Source: the human T2T-CHM13v2.0 reference genome, Homo sapiens. Taken from it: a stretch of DNA of 64,000 nucleotides. The notes beneath the pieces are model-generated. The model saw only the letters and a list, made by a program, of their open reading frames with translations. It made no database searches and was not told the origin of the DNA. Positions 12,761-24,776 of the stretch are shown piece by piece (positions within the stretch are counted from its first letter, which is position 1; every line of letters starts with the position of its first letter). Position numbers and translations under genes: made by a program. The stretch is taken from the NCBI RefSeq assembly GCF_009914755.1, contig NC_060929.1; one strand, written 5' to 3'.

Positions 12761-15700
12761 ATGGCACAGGTATTGCCATCATCATCATTATTATAACTCG
12801 TTTCTGTGAGGTACAGTAAAGGGACAGAGGCAGGACAGTGAGCTACTTTGCCTTGAAGAGGAGAGGCTTCATATCTGGATTGGTATCTTTCTTTTTGTCA
12901 CCAAAAAGGTGCTTATTTAATCCCCTTGTATTTCTAAAGTAGTGGCCTTCCTTACCATAACTTCTAAAAGCAAACCTTCCCCATCCCAAAACCCTTACTG
13001 CACTTCAAGATGTCATTGAATCTCATCATGTGGCTGTACCTTGGTATATTTAGCATCATTCGGGTTGTTTCAAATATTTTGCTTTTATAAGTAAAGCTAC
13101 TATTAACATCCTTGTAACTAAATCTGCTCTTTTTTCATGAACATTTCTTTAGATAAATTCTTAGAATAATTTCTAGGTCAACAGATATACAACGTTTCAG
13201 GACTTTGACCCTGTCCTGGGATTGGCTTTCCTTCTAACAGTAGCCTGTGTTCCTTTTAAATATCTGGCTGGGGTCATTCTCACTGTGGTCTGCACGTGGC
13301 CTGGGCCCCTGCGAGTGTACCAGGGAACACTTGGAACAGAACTGGCCTCACTCACACCTGCTGAATGAATGAGGCATCAGGCTATGGGGTAATGTGCTTC
13401 TCAGGTTTCCAGGACAGCCACGGTCACCTAATGTTTTGTACTTATCAGTGTACGGTGTAGATTAGGAGAGGCTAGACAGTATTGGTAAATTCCCTAAGCT
13501 TAAAATAGTGCTGGGTATGTGGTTAGAATGAAGCAGAAGCAGCTTTGGAATAGGCTTTAAAGCATTCTCTGGGAGCTCATAAGAATGAAGATGGAGATCA
13601 GGAGAAAATCAGCTAGATCTTTGTCCAAGATTAATTTTATCACACAAGGCAGAGGATGAAAGTTAAGGATGTGTGAAAGCAGGTCTGTCTCAGCTGCAGA
13701 GCAAGCTGCTCTGTCCATGTCTGCAGATGGTAGACAGGGGATGCAAAAGGAGAAGACAGTGAACAATAGGGCCTTTCTCTAAATGTTAGGAAATGCTCCC
13801 TGGAAACATGACCGGAGCATACAGATATGCTCAGATATTTGTAGGGAGCCTAACTTTCCCTCCTTTCTCAGAGAATAAACATTTTAACTGCAAGTCTGTG
13901 TGTTCTTTAACTGCAATTTATATGGGTGTCTGTGTGTATATATTGGTTTGTTTTAGAGACCCCTTTTTTTCTGCGAAGCTAGCATACTATCCAAACCGGC
14001 ATGGAAGGCACCCTGTGGGGGGGCAGTGGGAGAGTTGACTGGGGAAGACTGAGCTAGGAGCTGGAAGGTTCTGCTGGGACCTGCTCCCTCCCAGGTTGTA
14101 ATCCAGCCACCCGTCACTGTCGGGTGAGCAGATGATAATGCACTGTGAAGTTTTCACACACTTCACCTTTCTCTTTGTCTGGTCTATGGACAAAGACAGA
14201 AAACTTTATCCTAGCACTTTGCTGAATTTACTGTTTGGCATTAAAGTACAGGTAACGATTATGCAAATGTAATAATTTGTGAAAAAAGGTATATATTTCC
14301 ATATAACAGTGATTTCAGTTTGAGGCCTCCTGACACACCTAGCTCAGTGCTTCCCAAATGCCAGTCATGTACATAACCCCTCATTCACCATTTGTGCCAC
14401 AGCCACATAGCTCATGCACTGTGACTTATTTAATATACTTCTTTAAGTTAACCTTAAAGCAACTCACTTCTTTCCCTGGCTTCATCCTGATACATAAGAC
14501 CTCTAAGAACACGACTTCAATGGTCTCACTGTATTATTCTCTAATATATGTTAAAATAAACATGTAACCATTAAGATGGAAAGTGGTCATCCATATCCCA
14601 CCTTAGAATTATTTTGTGTCCCACTTGTGGAATGCATATCACTGTTTGGAATCCACAAACTGGCTTTTAATTTTGACTGACTTCCATCCTTCCTCTTAAT
14701 TTAAGTATAGAAACTCAAGTTCCTTTCCTCCACTCAACTAGAATTGGGTTCAGATATTGTCAGTGGGCTGTGGACACTTGCCGTTCATGTCAGTTTCCTG
14801 CTGTGCCCTTTCAGTTCATAGTGACACCTGTCCTGGTTTGATGCGACCTTACCTTTCTTCAGGTTCTTGCCACAGAGCAGATACCTGGTTGGAGGGATAT
14901 GCTGTGAGGGCACACATGCACCCATAGGCACATGCACATGCGCACTCCCGCATACCTCTCCTCTACCTTCACACTTGCCCTGCGATCATTTTCAGAACCT
15001 CATTTCTTTTGATAAGTCTGTCCACCTGATCCCTTTTGAGTCCAGTCATTCTCCTTTTTCTCTTCATTGATGCACTTGCAAGTTAATGTTTATTTGGCAT
15101 TCCATTTGTCAGTCCTCTCTCCAGTCCGCAGTTGAAATGCTTAGTGGGGTTGAGGCTTCCAGAGTAGCTCACTTAGGTATTTCCCTCAAAGAGACTCCAG
15201 GTGCTGTTGGCAGCATACATTTTTCTCCCAGCCTCTCTGCAGTGTCCTTACTCTGTGCAAAAGTTGGAGCCCACTGTTTGCTCTTAGAGGTGAATCTTGG
15301 CCTTGGATTGTCATTTGCCTCTTCCTTCCCAGAGAAGAAGCTCCTCAGGCTCAGGCCTCTGCCTTTGCACCTGCACTTCAGGCTCATGGTCTGGGATATT
15401 AGAATATGCTCATAGATGTGTGTCTTATTTGCCAGAAGGGGTTTTTCCTACAGTGTGAGTAGACCAGTTGTGTGCCCAGGTCCCTGCCTGCGACTCTCTC
15501 TCTTTAATCTATGGGTATTAGTATAGTCTTCTCTAGGTGGTTTTGTGTTTTGTTTTGTTTTGTTTTCCTTTTCCTAAACGTAAAGCTGTGGTCTATTCTC
15601 AGAATGAGGAGCTTGATGGTTTCTCATGCTCTGTGCTGGGCAGGGACTTAGGTCAGTTATAAGACAGCAAGTCGCTCCTCATATCATAGGCAATGTGTGA

Positions 15701-16609
15701 TGGAAATGGGGCTAGGAGTGAAATGGGAGCAGCCTCTGAGATGAAAACTTTGTGGACAAGAGGAAAGGGAATGATGGGGAAATGCAGGATTTAGAAAGCA
15801 TCGTAGCAACAAATACAAACCATCAGGAAACCACTGAATATTTTAGTGAGGAAGGAGCTAGATATCAAAGTTATCTGTAGACAGTCAAGGAAGGTTTTCT
15901 GAAAGGAAGAGTTTTGAGAAAGATACAAAATGATATGAAGGGTCCCATTCTGGCCCAATAGATAGGAACGGTGGTCTGTGATGGGAGAGTCTCTCTGTGA
16001 GTAGCAGTGGGCAGCTCTTGTCTGTAGAACTGCGGAGAGAACTGTAGAAAGGTGATTTAGCCAAACTGAACCTGGAAGACGTTTTCCCTAGAAATTGATT
16101 TTTTTCTTGTCTGTGTTTAATATCTATGACTATATAACTTACCAGGTGGTTTCTTGTGTTGGACATTGTGCACCACAACAGCCCAACTAATCTTTAAAAT
16201 TATATGACACAGGTACTGTCCCTGTTTTACAGTCGAAAGGAAATAAAATTTACATTAAATAGTGTACGCTCAGGGTTACACGGCAACAACGTAGATTTGA
16301 ACCCTGTCATTCTACCTCAAAGTGACACTGTTAACCAGTCGTTATTTTGCTTTCAAATTGTGGGATGGTTCCCCAGGAGATGCATTCTTTTAGGGTTAGC
16401 TGTTGTGACCTAGTCCGCGAACTCTTCCTTATCTCCAAGGGAAAATGTTTCCAGTTCCACTTAAGAACCTGGAGTTCAAAGTTTCATTCAGCTGGGCATC
16501 TGCCGGTAAAATGCTGAGGGGCTGGGGTGGAAGTACAAATGGATACATTTGGTAAAGAACTTTCAGGCCAAACTAAATTTGAACCTCATCTAATAATAAC
16601 AATAAAAAT

Positions 16610-16800
16610 AAAAATAATTATAGCTCTACTTATGTGCCTACTAACCTCATTATCTCGTGTCATCCCCACAATTGATGATAATCCTGTGAGGTAGGTTCTT
16701 ATATCCACATTTTACAGACAAGTAAACTGAGGTCAAGAGGTTAAGCAGTTACACTGTCAGCAAATGGCAGAGAAGGGATTTGTACCCAGGTAGTCTTCTA
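16610..16800 (-). mobile_element. MIR SINE relic
   Basis: ATCCTGTGAGGTAGGT...ATTTTACAGACAAGTAAACTGAGGTC...GGATTTGTACCCAGG. Confidence 0.7.
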
Positions 16801-17423
16801 GTCTTCCTTCCCTATACTTTGTTATCTCCAAAAGGGTACCTTTGTCAGTTCTTGAGCTACAGAAGTGAAAACCTTGCTAGCCTGAGTTACAGAAGCAATG
16901 AAAACCATCTGTTCCAGCTTCCAGGGCTACATGGGGGCAGTTGAACCATATTGAATGGGTACCTCAATGTGCGTCCTGGCAGGCTGCAGCCACGTGACAG
17001 TCTCCCCTCCAAATCTAGCACCAACTACACAGAGAGCGATATGTGTTGAATGGTAGCTTTAATATGCTCGGCCAAGCCACTCACGCTCATTTGCGATCAC
17101 CTTCGAACAGATGGAACGAGGTTTTTCAACTGTGCTCCCAGATGAATGGCAGCAAAGGAGATTACTCTTTAATCTCCAAGTTTCCACACAGATACACCAT
17201 CCAGCAGAGACTGTACTGGTACATCTAGGTGAAAGGTACTGACACACACGCTGTGCTTTTTCTGGACGACTGTAGAAGGGGGAGCCAGAAGGATTGAAGG
17301 GAGCCAGCAACAAGGTCTTGTACCTTATAGATTTCTTCCAAGGGTTTGCAAAGTGACACTTAGGATTTATTCTGTCCCAAATTTTTAGCATTTATACCAA
17401 GATGTTGAAATGCGTTTCTTGGA

Positions 17424-17602
17424 ACAGTGGTTCATAGACTTGAGTGTGCATTTGAATCTTGTAGGGAGCTTGTTAAAAATACAGATGCTTGGTCTCCTAC
17501 CCAGGATATTCTGAGTCAGGAGGTCTTGGCTGGGGCTCAAGCATCTATATTTTTAAAGCACCCTAGTGATACTGATGCTAACTCAATTTAGAGAAGTACT
17601 GG
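17424..17602. mobile_element. MER5-like hAT-Charlie DNA transposon relic
   Basis: CAGTGGTTC start, GGAGCTTGTTAAAAATACAGATGC and ATTCTGAGTCAGGAGGTCT internal motifs, GAGAAGTACTG end. Confidence 0.75.
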
Positions 17603-17689
17603 CTTGGGAAGGTGGGGACAGTCAGGGTGGCTTGTCTTCTGTCATTAGCAGAACATCTCTTTGAATCACTGTTGGAGTTTGGAGCACCC

Positions 17690-17945
17690 TGGCATGGTGG
17701 TTGAAAGTGGAGGCTCTGCAGTCAGACTGAGATGTTTTAATGTCATCTCTATCACCTACCACTCTGAGACCTGGAGTACGTTACTTTCCTTTTCTGAGCC
17801 TCCATTTTCTCATCTGTAAAATCTATCACTAATAATAGCTTCCTTGGAGGGTAATTGCCATGATTAAGTGAGCCAGTATATATAAAGTACTTGACATTGG
17901 GCCTAGACCATAGTAAGCACCTAATAAATGTTAGCTACAATTATG
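17690..17945 (+). mobile_element. MIR SINE, near full length
   Basis: GGCATGGTGGTTGAAAG...CTCATCTGTAAAAT...CATAGTAAGCACCTAATAAATGTTAGCTA. Confidence 0.8.
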
Positions 17946-19529
17946 ATGATTATCATCACGCTGTAGTTGTATCTTACAACTGACTAAGGAAATATCCTTC
18001 CCTTTGGAGCCTGCAGATTCCAAAAGAGAGGCCCATATGTGAGGGAAATGCAGATTCCCCCCGGCCCCTGAGACAGCCTGTCTGAGGCTTGAGTGCAAAA
18101 ACATCAGCAGCCTAGGACACATTGTACAGTGTCGGTGGGGGTGGGGGTGGGGGCAGGAGTGGATTCTTGGGCCTTGTTTTACATGGATCATGTTAACTAG
18201 CTGCTGAGATTATAGCTCTGAATAATTTTTTTAGTTCCGTTAATTCATCCTAGACCCTCTCCCAGACAGGCCCAGTGAGAGGTTGAGAATTCAGCTTATA
18301 TATTTCTCATGTGTGTCTTCCTTGTTGAAAAATGACTGGGAATTCATACTATTCAAAGGCTTACGTAATGCCTTTCTCTGAGCAGTCAAAGCTGTAGCAT
18401 GTGCCCTTTCTCAGGTTGCCTTTGCAGATCCCGGGTGCCCTGGGCACACCTGTTTGCTTTGGCAGATGACATGTTTATTCACATGGATTCCTGTTGTCAC
18501 ACGGGCTGCAGAAGGTGTGTAATGTGTTTCTTGGGTTAACTATGTGTAATTACTACACGTGACTGAAAACCACGTTGATAATGTGGCTATTAAAAAATGA
18601 TGCTGTGGAAAGCTGGTGGCAGGAAAAAAGTTCCAGCTAGACCCATTAAATGAAAACAAGCCATTCTAGGCGCATACTTTTGGCACTATCACCAAGTGAA
18701 CAAAGCAGATACCATTAAGTATGATGTGAGTCTGCTTCGTTAAAAAAGTACATGTCTGTGTGTGTGTATATGTATATATTCCTCTGTGTAGCAGATCGAT
18801 TGGACATTTACACACCAAAATGAATACAACTGGAGCGTGGCCCATACGGGATATCTGTGTGCAGATGCAAATGCTTTTCTAGACTTTCTAAATTGGAGAG
18901 AAATGCATATTTCTTATATATTCACTTGGTTTTAAGTTATTAAAAACAAAACTCCCTAATTGCACCTTTCATGTACTATCTCAAACCCATTTTGCTGTGA
19001 GTCATGGTATAAAAGTAGGTGTGTAGTTTCCTTCTAATGAGCAAGAATATAAGCCGTCTGTACGTGGACTCCCTCAGATCCCAGTCAACTGTAAGTTAAC
19101 GGGAAACCAACTTTTCCTAAAAGCAAGTCTCACATAGAAAAGAGGGCTGTCTTGTGAGTAATACAGTGTCCATTTAACTCTGATCATTCAACCCCCTAGT
19201 CAACATTCATCAGAGGCCCATTCCTCCTTTGCGGTTTCTGAAATGGTGTTTTAGGGCCAGTCTTCCTCATTGTGCCTCCACGTCTCTTTCCTGTGGATCA
19301 GTGCAATCCCAGGCCACCCACAGTGACTTCCCCATTCTCTCATGAAATTCAGTTTTATTGGCATTTTTTCCCTTTGCAAAGAAAAGGGTTATTACAGGTG
19401 CTGCAGGGAGTCAGTCTGTCCACACAGAACCAAAATCAGAAGTCGTTTTGCTGAAGATAATCTGTCAAAGGTTTTAATATCATCTTTCATGTACTATGAT
19501 CAAAACAACAGATTGACTCTACTTTTCAC

Positions 19530-19834
19530 TTTTTTTTTTTTTTTTTTTTTTGAGACAGTCTTGCTCTGTCGCCTAGGCTGTGGAGTGCAGTGGCACGATC
19601 TTGGCTCACTGCAACCTTCGCCTCCCGGGTTCAAGTGATTCTCCCGCCTTAGCCTCCTGAGTAGCTGGGACTGCATGCGCCCGCCACCACGCCCAGCTAA
19701 ATTTTGTACTTTTAGTAGAGATGGGGTTTCACCATACTGGCCAGGCTGCTAGTCTCGAACTCCTGACCTTGTGATCCACCTGCCTCGGCCTCCCAAAGTG
19801 CTGGGATTACAAGCATGAGCCACTGCGCCCGGCC
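19530..19834 (-). mobile_element. Alu (AluS-type), antisense
   Basis: Poly-T 19530-19551, full reverse Alu ending CCCGGCC. Target-site duplication (TSD) TACTTTTCA at 19520-19528 and 19835-19843. Confidence 0.97.
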
Positions 19835-20765
19835 TACTTTTCAACTCAATGTATAGAGTCTATCATCACCCAAACTCCTTTTTAAGATTTTTTTAAAAAA
19901 AAAACATTGTCCAAACTGTTTTTATATACCCAAACATATTACGCAGACTGCTTTTTAAGTTTGTTTTTATCATAGGGACTGAGGCTGCTGGGTCAGCCTG
20001 AAATGAGACCACCTCAGATTTTAGTGTGGCTTGGCATGTCACTATTATCAGGAACAAGAGCTACAGGGGGTAAAAATTGCTTCAGAAAGTCTGATTCCAA
20101 GCTTCCCATGTACTTGGGTATTTCCCAGAGATGGTAAACTCAGAAATTGCTGTGCACTCATCACTTTTTATTGCAAAATTCATTAAGCTGCTGTGCTATT
20201 ATCATCCCATCTTGTCAAGATGATACATTACAGACTTCATTGCAAAACTTTAACAAGTAGGAGAAAGTACACCTCTCTCCTGACCACAGCACAGGAAAGC
20301 CTCTGGGTATTTTGTGTTTGCCTTCCTATTTTTTTTAATATAAATCTCCTTGTCTTTGTAAAACTTCGCTCTGTCTGGTAACTCCCTTTTCTCCTTGTTT
20401 GATCATGTGGAGAGTCTGTTCCCTCCTTTTGGCTCTATGAGGCATCCTGAGATGCTGTTAAAGAACAGTCCTCTTGCCTCTTCTTTTTGCCCTCTACTCT
20501 TAGGCACCATGGAAAGTTGGGATATTAGCCTGTATTCTGACAGAGTCCCATGCATGGGGGGAAACCTCCCGCAAATGTTTCGTATTTACCCTCCAGCTCT
20601 GTGTATTCAGTGAGCCAGACCTGTTCGGGCCTGCCAAGACGTGTGAATTTGGCTTGGCTCTGTGAGTGCTTTCCTGGCCTCGCCTCTGGGTTCTGTGATA
20701 AACAGAGCTCCTGCCTCCCCTGTGTGATGGGGTTGCCATTAGAGTGGGTCGGAGTCACTTGGTAA

Positions 20766-21218
<453 letters not shown>

Positions 21219-21794
21219 TAAGGACCAAGTTCACATGCAGTTTGTCACTCCTTATAGAACATATGTTTGTGAAAGCACTGCCAATGCATGCTTACCATTA
21301 TTTGGGGATTTATTTTATCATGTTCTTGTTGCTGAGGTCTTGTTTTCTGTGATTGATACAAAGACAGATTCCTGTTGACAAACATGTTTGAGGCGGGCAA
21401 GCATTCTCACTGACTTCAACCAGTTTAGGCATACTCCTGAGTTGTGGGCATTCTTTCCTTTTTGACATGGTCCTCTGTGATCTTGTTGACTTGACTCATA
21501 ACTAGCTGTTTTTCTTTTGAAGCCCACTAGCCTATAATTTTTTTCCTTCAGCAACATAATTGCCATCAGTCCTTCTTATACCTTCTATGAGGATACCAGA
21601 GCTGGATTGAATCATCAGTGACTCAGGGAAGTCTAGCTATGTTATTTGAAGGATTTGCTTAATTTTAATTTTTATTTTTTAAAGTGTCTTCTAGGCTGCC
21701 TGTTCTTGTGCGCTTCTGTCAGGAGCAGTACTCATTTGCCTAGCTGATGAAAAACTTTCCTGTTTCGAGTGACATTACGGGATCATTTTTTCTT

Positions 21795-22102
21795 TATTAT
21801 TATTATTATTTTTTAAAGGAGGCAGAGTCTTGCTCTGTCACCTAGGCTGGAGTGCTTTGGCACCATCATACCTCACCACAGCCTTGAACTCCCAGGCTGA
21901 AGCAGTTCTCCTGCCTCAGCCTCCCAAGTACATGGGACCACAGGTGTGTACCACCAGGCCTGGCTAATTTTTAACTTTTTTTGTAGAGATGGGGGTCTCA
22001 CTGTGTTTACCAGGTTGATCTCAAACTCTTGGCCTCAAGTGATCCTCCCACCTTGGCCTCTGAAGGCGATGGGATTACAGGCATGAACCACTATGCTTGG
22101 CT
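21795..22102 (-). mobile_element. Alu (AluJ-like), antisense
   Basis: (TTA)n tail, CACAGCCTTGAACTCCCAGGCT J-type arm, flanking degenerate TCATTTT direct repeat. Confidence 0.93.
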
Positions 22103-23709
22103 CATTTTCTCCTTATTTCCTAATTGACTCCAAATGCTGTAAAATTTGTCTTGGTATAGTTTGCTATAACCACTAAAACATTTGATTGGCTGTTGGTCTT
22201 ATTCTCTACTCTTTCCCTGGAATAATCCTCACCTGCCTACTTACCGTCAGTAAAGATTGTCAGCCTTTTGGCTTTGATCTTCTACCTAGATGTTCTCAGT
22301 CTCATTATGTGTTGTCTACAGATGATGAGACCTTTCTTCTACAAAACTGTAGTCGTTTTATAGTCAGGGAATGCCAGGTTTCTGGGTTTTCTTGTCATAT
22401 GGCCCAGCAAGGGATACCAATAAAGAGTCAGCCTTTCAAGATGCATATTTGGCCCTCTTGGCTGTAAAACTATGAAGCCTTATGATACATTTTTATACCC
22501 TCCTTTACTAATGGATAGTAAGGGAGAAAAATAATCTCCTGGTAACATTTTAGAAAGACGAATATACTTTTAGCAAGATATTGTTTTTAGTTTGTAGAAT
22601 GATAATCCTCTCCTGGAAAAGTAAATATAATCACAGGAGAAATGTGAGCAATAGTTATGCTCTTCTGTTCCCTAAGAATTCTGAGAATTATGCCATGCAA
22701 ACTTAGCCCTTTAAGCTTCTCAAACTAAAGTTAATACAACTGTTTTTCTTCCTGTCCTGTGAAGCAGTAAATGTCTCCAGTTGAAGCCCAGGGAACCGTC
22801 CTCACTCTCTCTCTTTATATGGTAGCCTCCAGTTCCTCATGGTCTTTCGGGCATCTTTGTATGCGTGTCTTGTGAAAAGGAAAATTTTACTGATACTGAT
22901 TCATACTGATAAATGGCACATCCAATCTCTCAATGATCCCCTTATTATGTAATCTTAGCGTTGTTTTTCTTTCTGGTAGGAAGTTCCCATTTACAGGCCC
23001 TGTTAGTCCTCCTACATCTTGGCTCAGTGTAACTCTTTTGGTTTCTCTTTGTTGTCGTTTCTGTTCAAAAACGAAGCTCTTAAAATATGAACAGTTTTAA
23101 ATCTCAGGCATCAATTCAATCTACTTTTTCCAAATCTACTTTGAGTACAGTAGTCAGGAGCTAGCCTCACAGGGTTTTTCTCTCTCCTGTGGGGCTTTAT
23201 CTAGGGCATTAAGGATTTGCTAAGATATCAGGGGTATTGGGGTGAATGTGTATGTATTTAACGTGAGGCTTACTCTAGAATCACTTTGTAAGCATACTTT
23301 ATTTTTACATACATGACTCGTGCAAAGGGAAAAGTATTTTTATGACACATCACCCTCTTAATTGCCTAAAGAGACCTGAGTTCAAATATTGGCCTTTAAA
23401 TTATCATACCAGTGACTCTAGACTGTACTCTGAGGGATATATTGTAACATACCCCTGACTCGCTGCAAAAAGGTCCAGGATTAGCCTAGATATGATGTTT
23501 AAGTGAATTAATTTTCAGAAATATCAGTTGATTTTAATATGGTATATCTGTAATAAATAGGGGACAAGAATCACATTCCACATCTATAATATTTTGCTAC
23601 AGTAATGGTGGATGCTGGTACCATTTAGCTAAATTATCTCCAAAATTTGTGTTTTCCATTTATGATTCCAAGTTTTTAAAGATGGGAAGAACATAAAGTT
23701 CTGTTCTTT

Positions 23710-23930
23710 GAGCAGTGTTCTGAAGTTTACAAGATACATTCCTGCCTATGATCCCACTTGATCCTCATGACAGTTCCACAAGCTGTGAAAGGCAGTTCTT
23801 GTTCTCCCCATTTTATAGATTGTTAACCAGGAATCCAAGATCAAGTAGAAATTGCCTGAGGCCACATAGCCAGTCAGGGCTTGAAGAGAACTCAGGTTTT
23901 CTGTCTCTTGGCTTGGCAGTATTCTCCAAG
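23710..23930 (-). mobile_element. MIR SINE relic
   Basis: TTGATCCTCATGACAG...CCCATTTTATAGAT...TTGCCTGAGGCCACATAGC. Confidence 0.65.
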
Positions 23931-24625
23931 CATGAATATGACTGCTGGGACTATGGACTCAAGTGTTTTGTTGTTGTTTATAGGCAAACCATTCTGCAGC
24001 CCATTACAGAGCGATTTATCAAAGAATTCACTTGAAGTCAAACACCAAGTACATGGAGCTAGAGGCAACACAGAAAGATGTGTCTGAGAAAGGGTCAGGA
24101 ATTTAGACTGGTGGAGTCGTAAGGACATTGGTGGCTAAATAGTAGATCTTCTCTGGTGAGGCTCTATGGAATTGGAGGTGGGACATGGCCTGATCAATTA
24201 GAGCAATATTAGAGGCAGGAGTTTTAGAATAAAAGGTGAGTGTCACAGAAGCCAAGGGGATCTGGGTGAATGTGAGGGGTCTGTGGAGGCTTTTCTCTAC
24301 TCTGGCAATCTGCCAGTCAAAAGAAGATGCAATTTATGGTGCCATAGTAGGGCCACTCTTAGAAAAAATCCTGGCTTATATTAAAGGGGAGATATATCCT
24401 GTTATGACGAGGAAAGGGGTTTGCTTTAAAATTTCGAGTCACCTGTTCCCCCTTGACTCTTCCTTTCCCACTTTTAATTCTTAACCTTTTCTATGTTGTT
24501 TCTTAAGCTTCCCTGGGATCAGAGATCTTGATCCAGTCTTATTCTTTATACATTTTTGTGCATGTAGCAATAGACTGTCCCTATGCAATAATATTAATAT
24601 GGGACTTGTGGCTTTTCCCCCCCAG

Positions 24626-24776
24626 AGGAACAAAGGAACAGCATCATCAACTCCAGTTTGGAATCTGTCTCATCAAATCCAAACAGCATCCTTAATTCCA
24701 GCAGCAGCTTACAGCCCAACATGAACTCCAGTGACCCAGACCTGGCTGTGGTCAAACCCACCCGGCCCAACTCACT
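24626..24776 (+). CDS. ARHGAP26: ARHGAP26/GRAF1 internal coding exon, 151 nt, phase 1 in and phase 2 out, Ser/Asn/Pro-rich linker (recalled as exon 20)
   Basis: Acceptor CTTTTCCCCCCCAG ends at 24625 and donor GTAAGT starts at 24777. C from the previous exon plus AG gives Gln, then EQRNSIINSSLESVSSNPNSILNSSSSLQPNMNSSDPDLAVVKPTRPNS(L), continuing the GRAF1 sequence. Confidence 0.97.

Noticed and set aside
17040-17300. Unique-looking stretch with several CpGs, possibly an exon or conserved element
   Set aside because: No good acceptor/donor pair or recognisable translation. It cannot be supported without conservation data.
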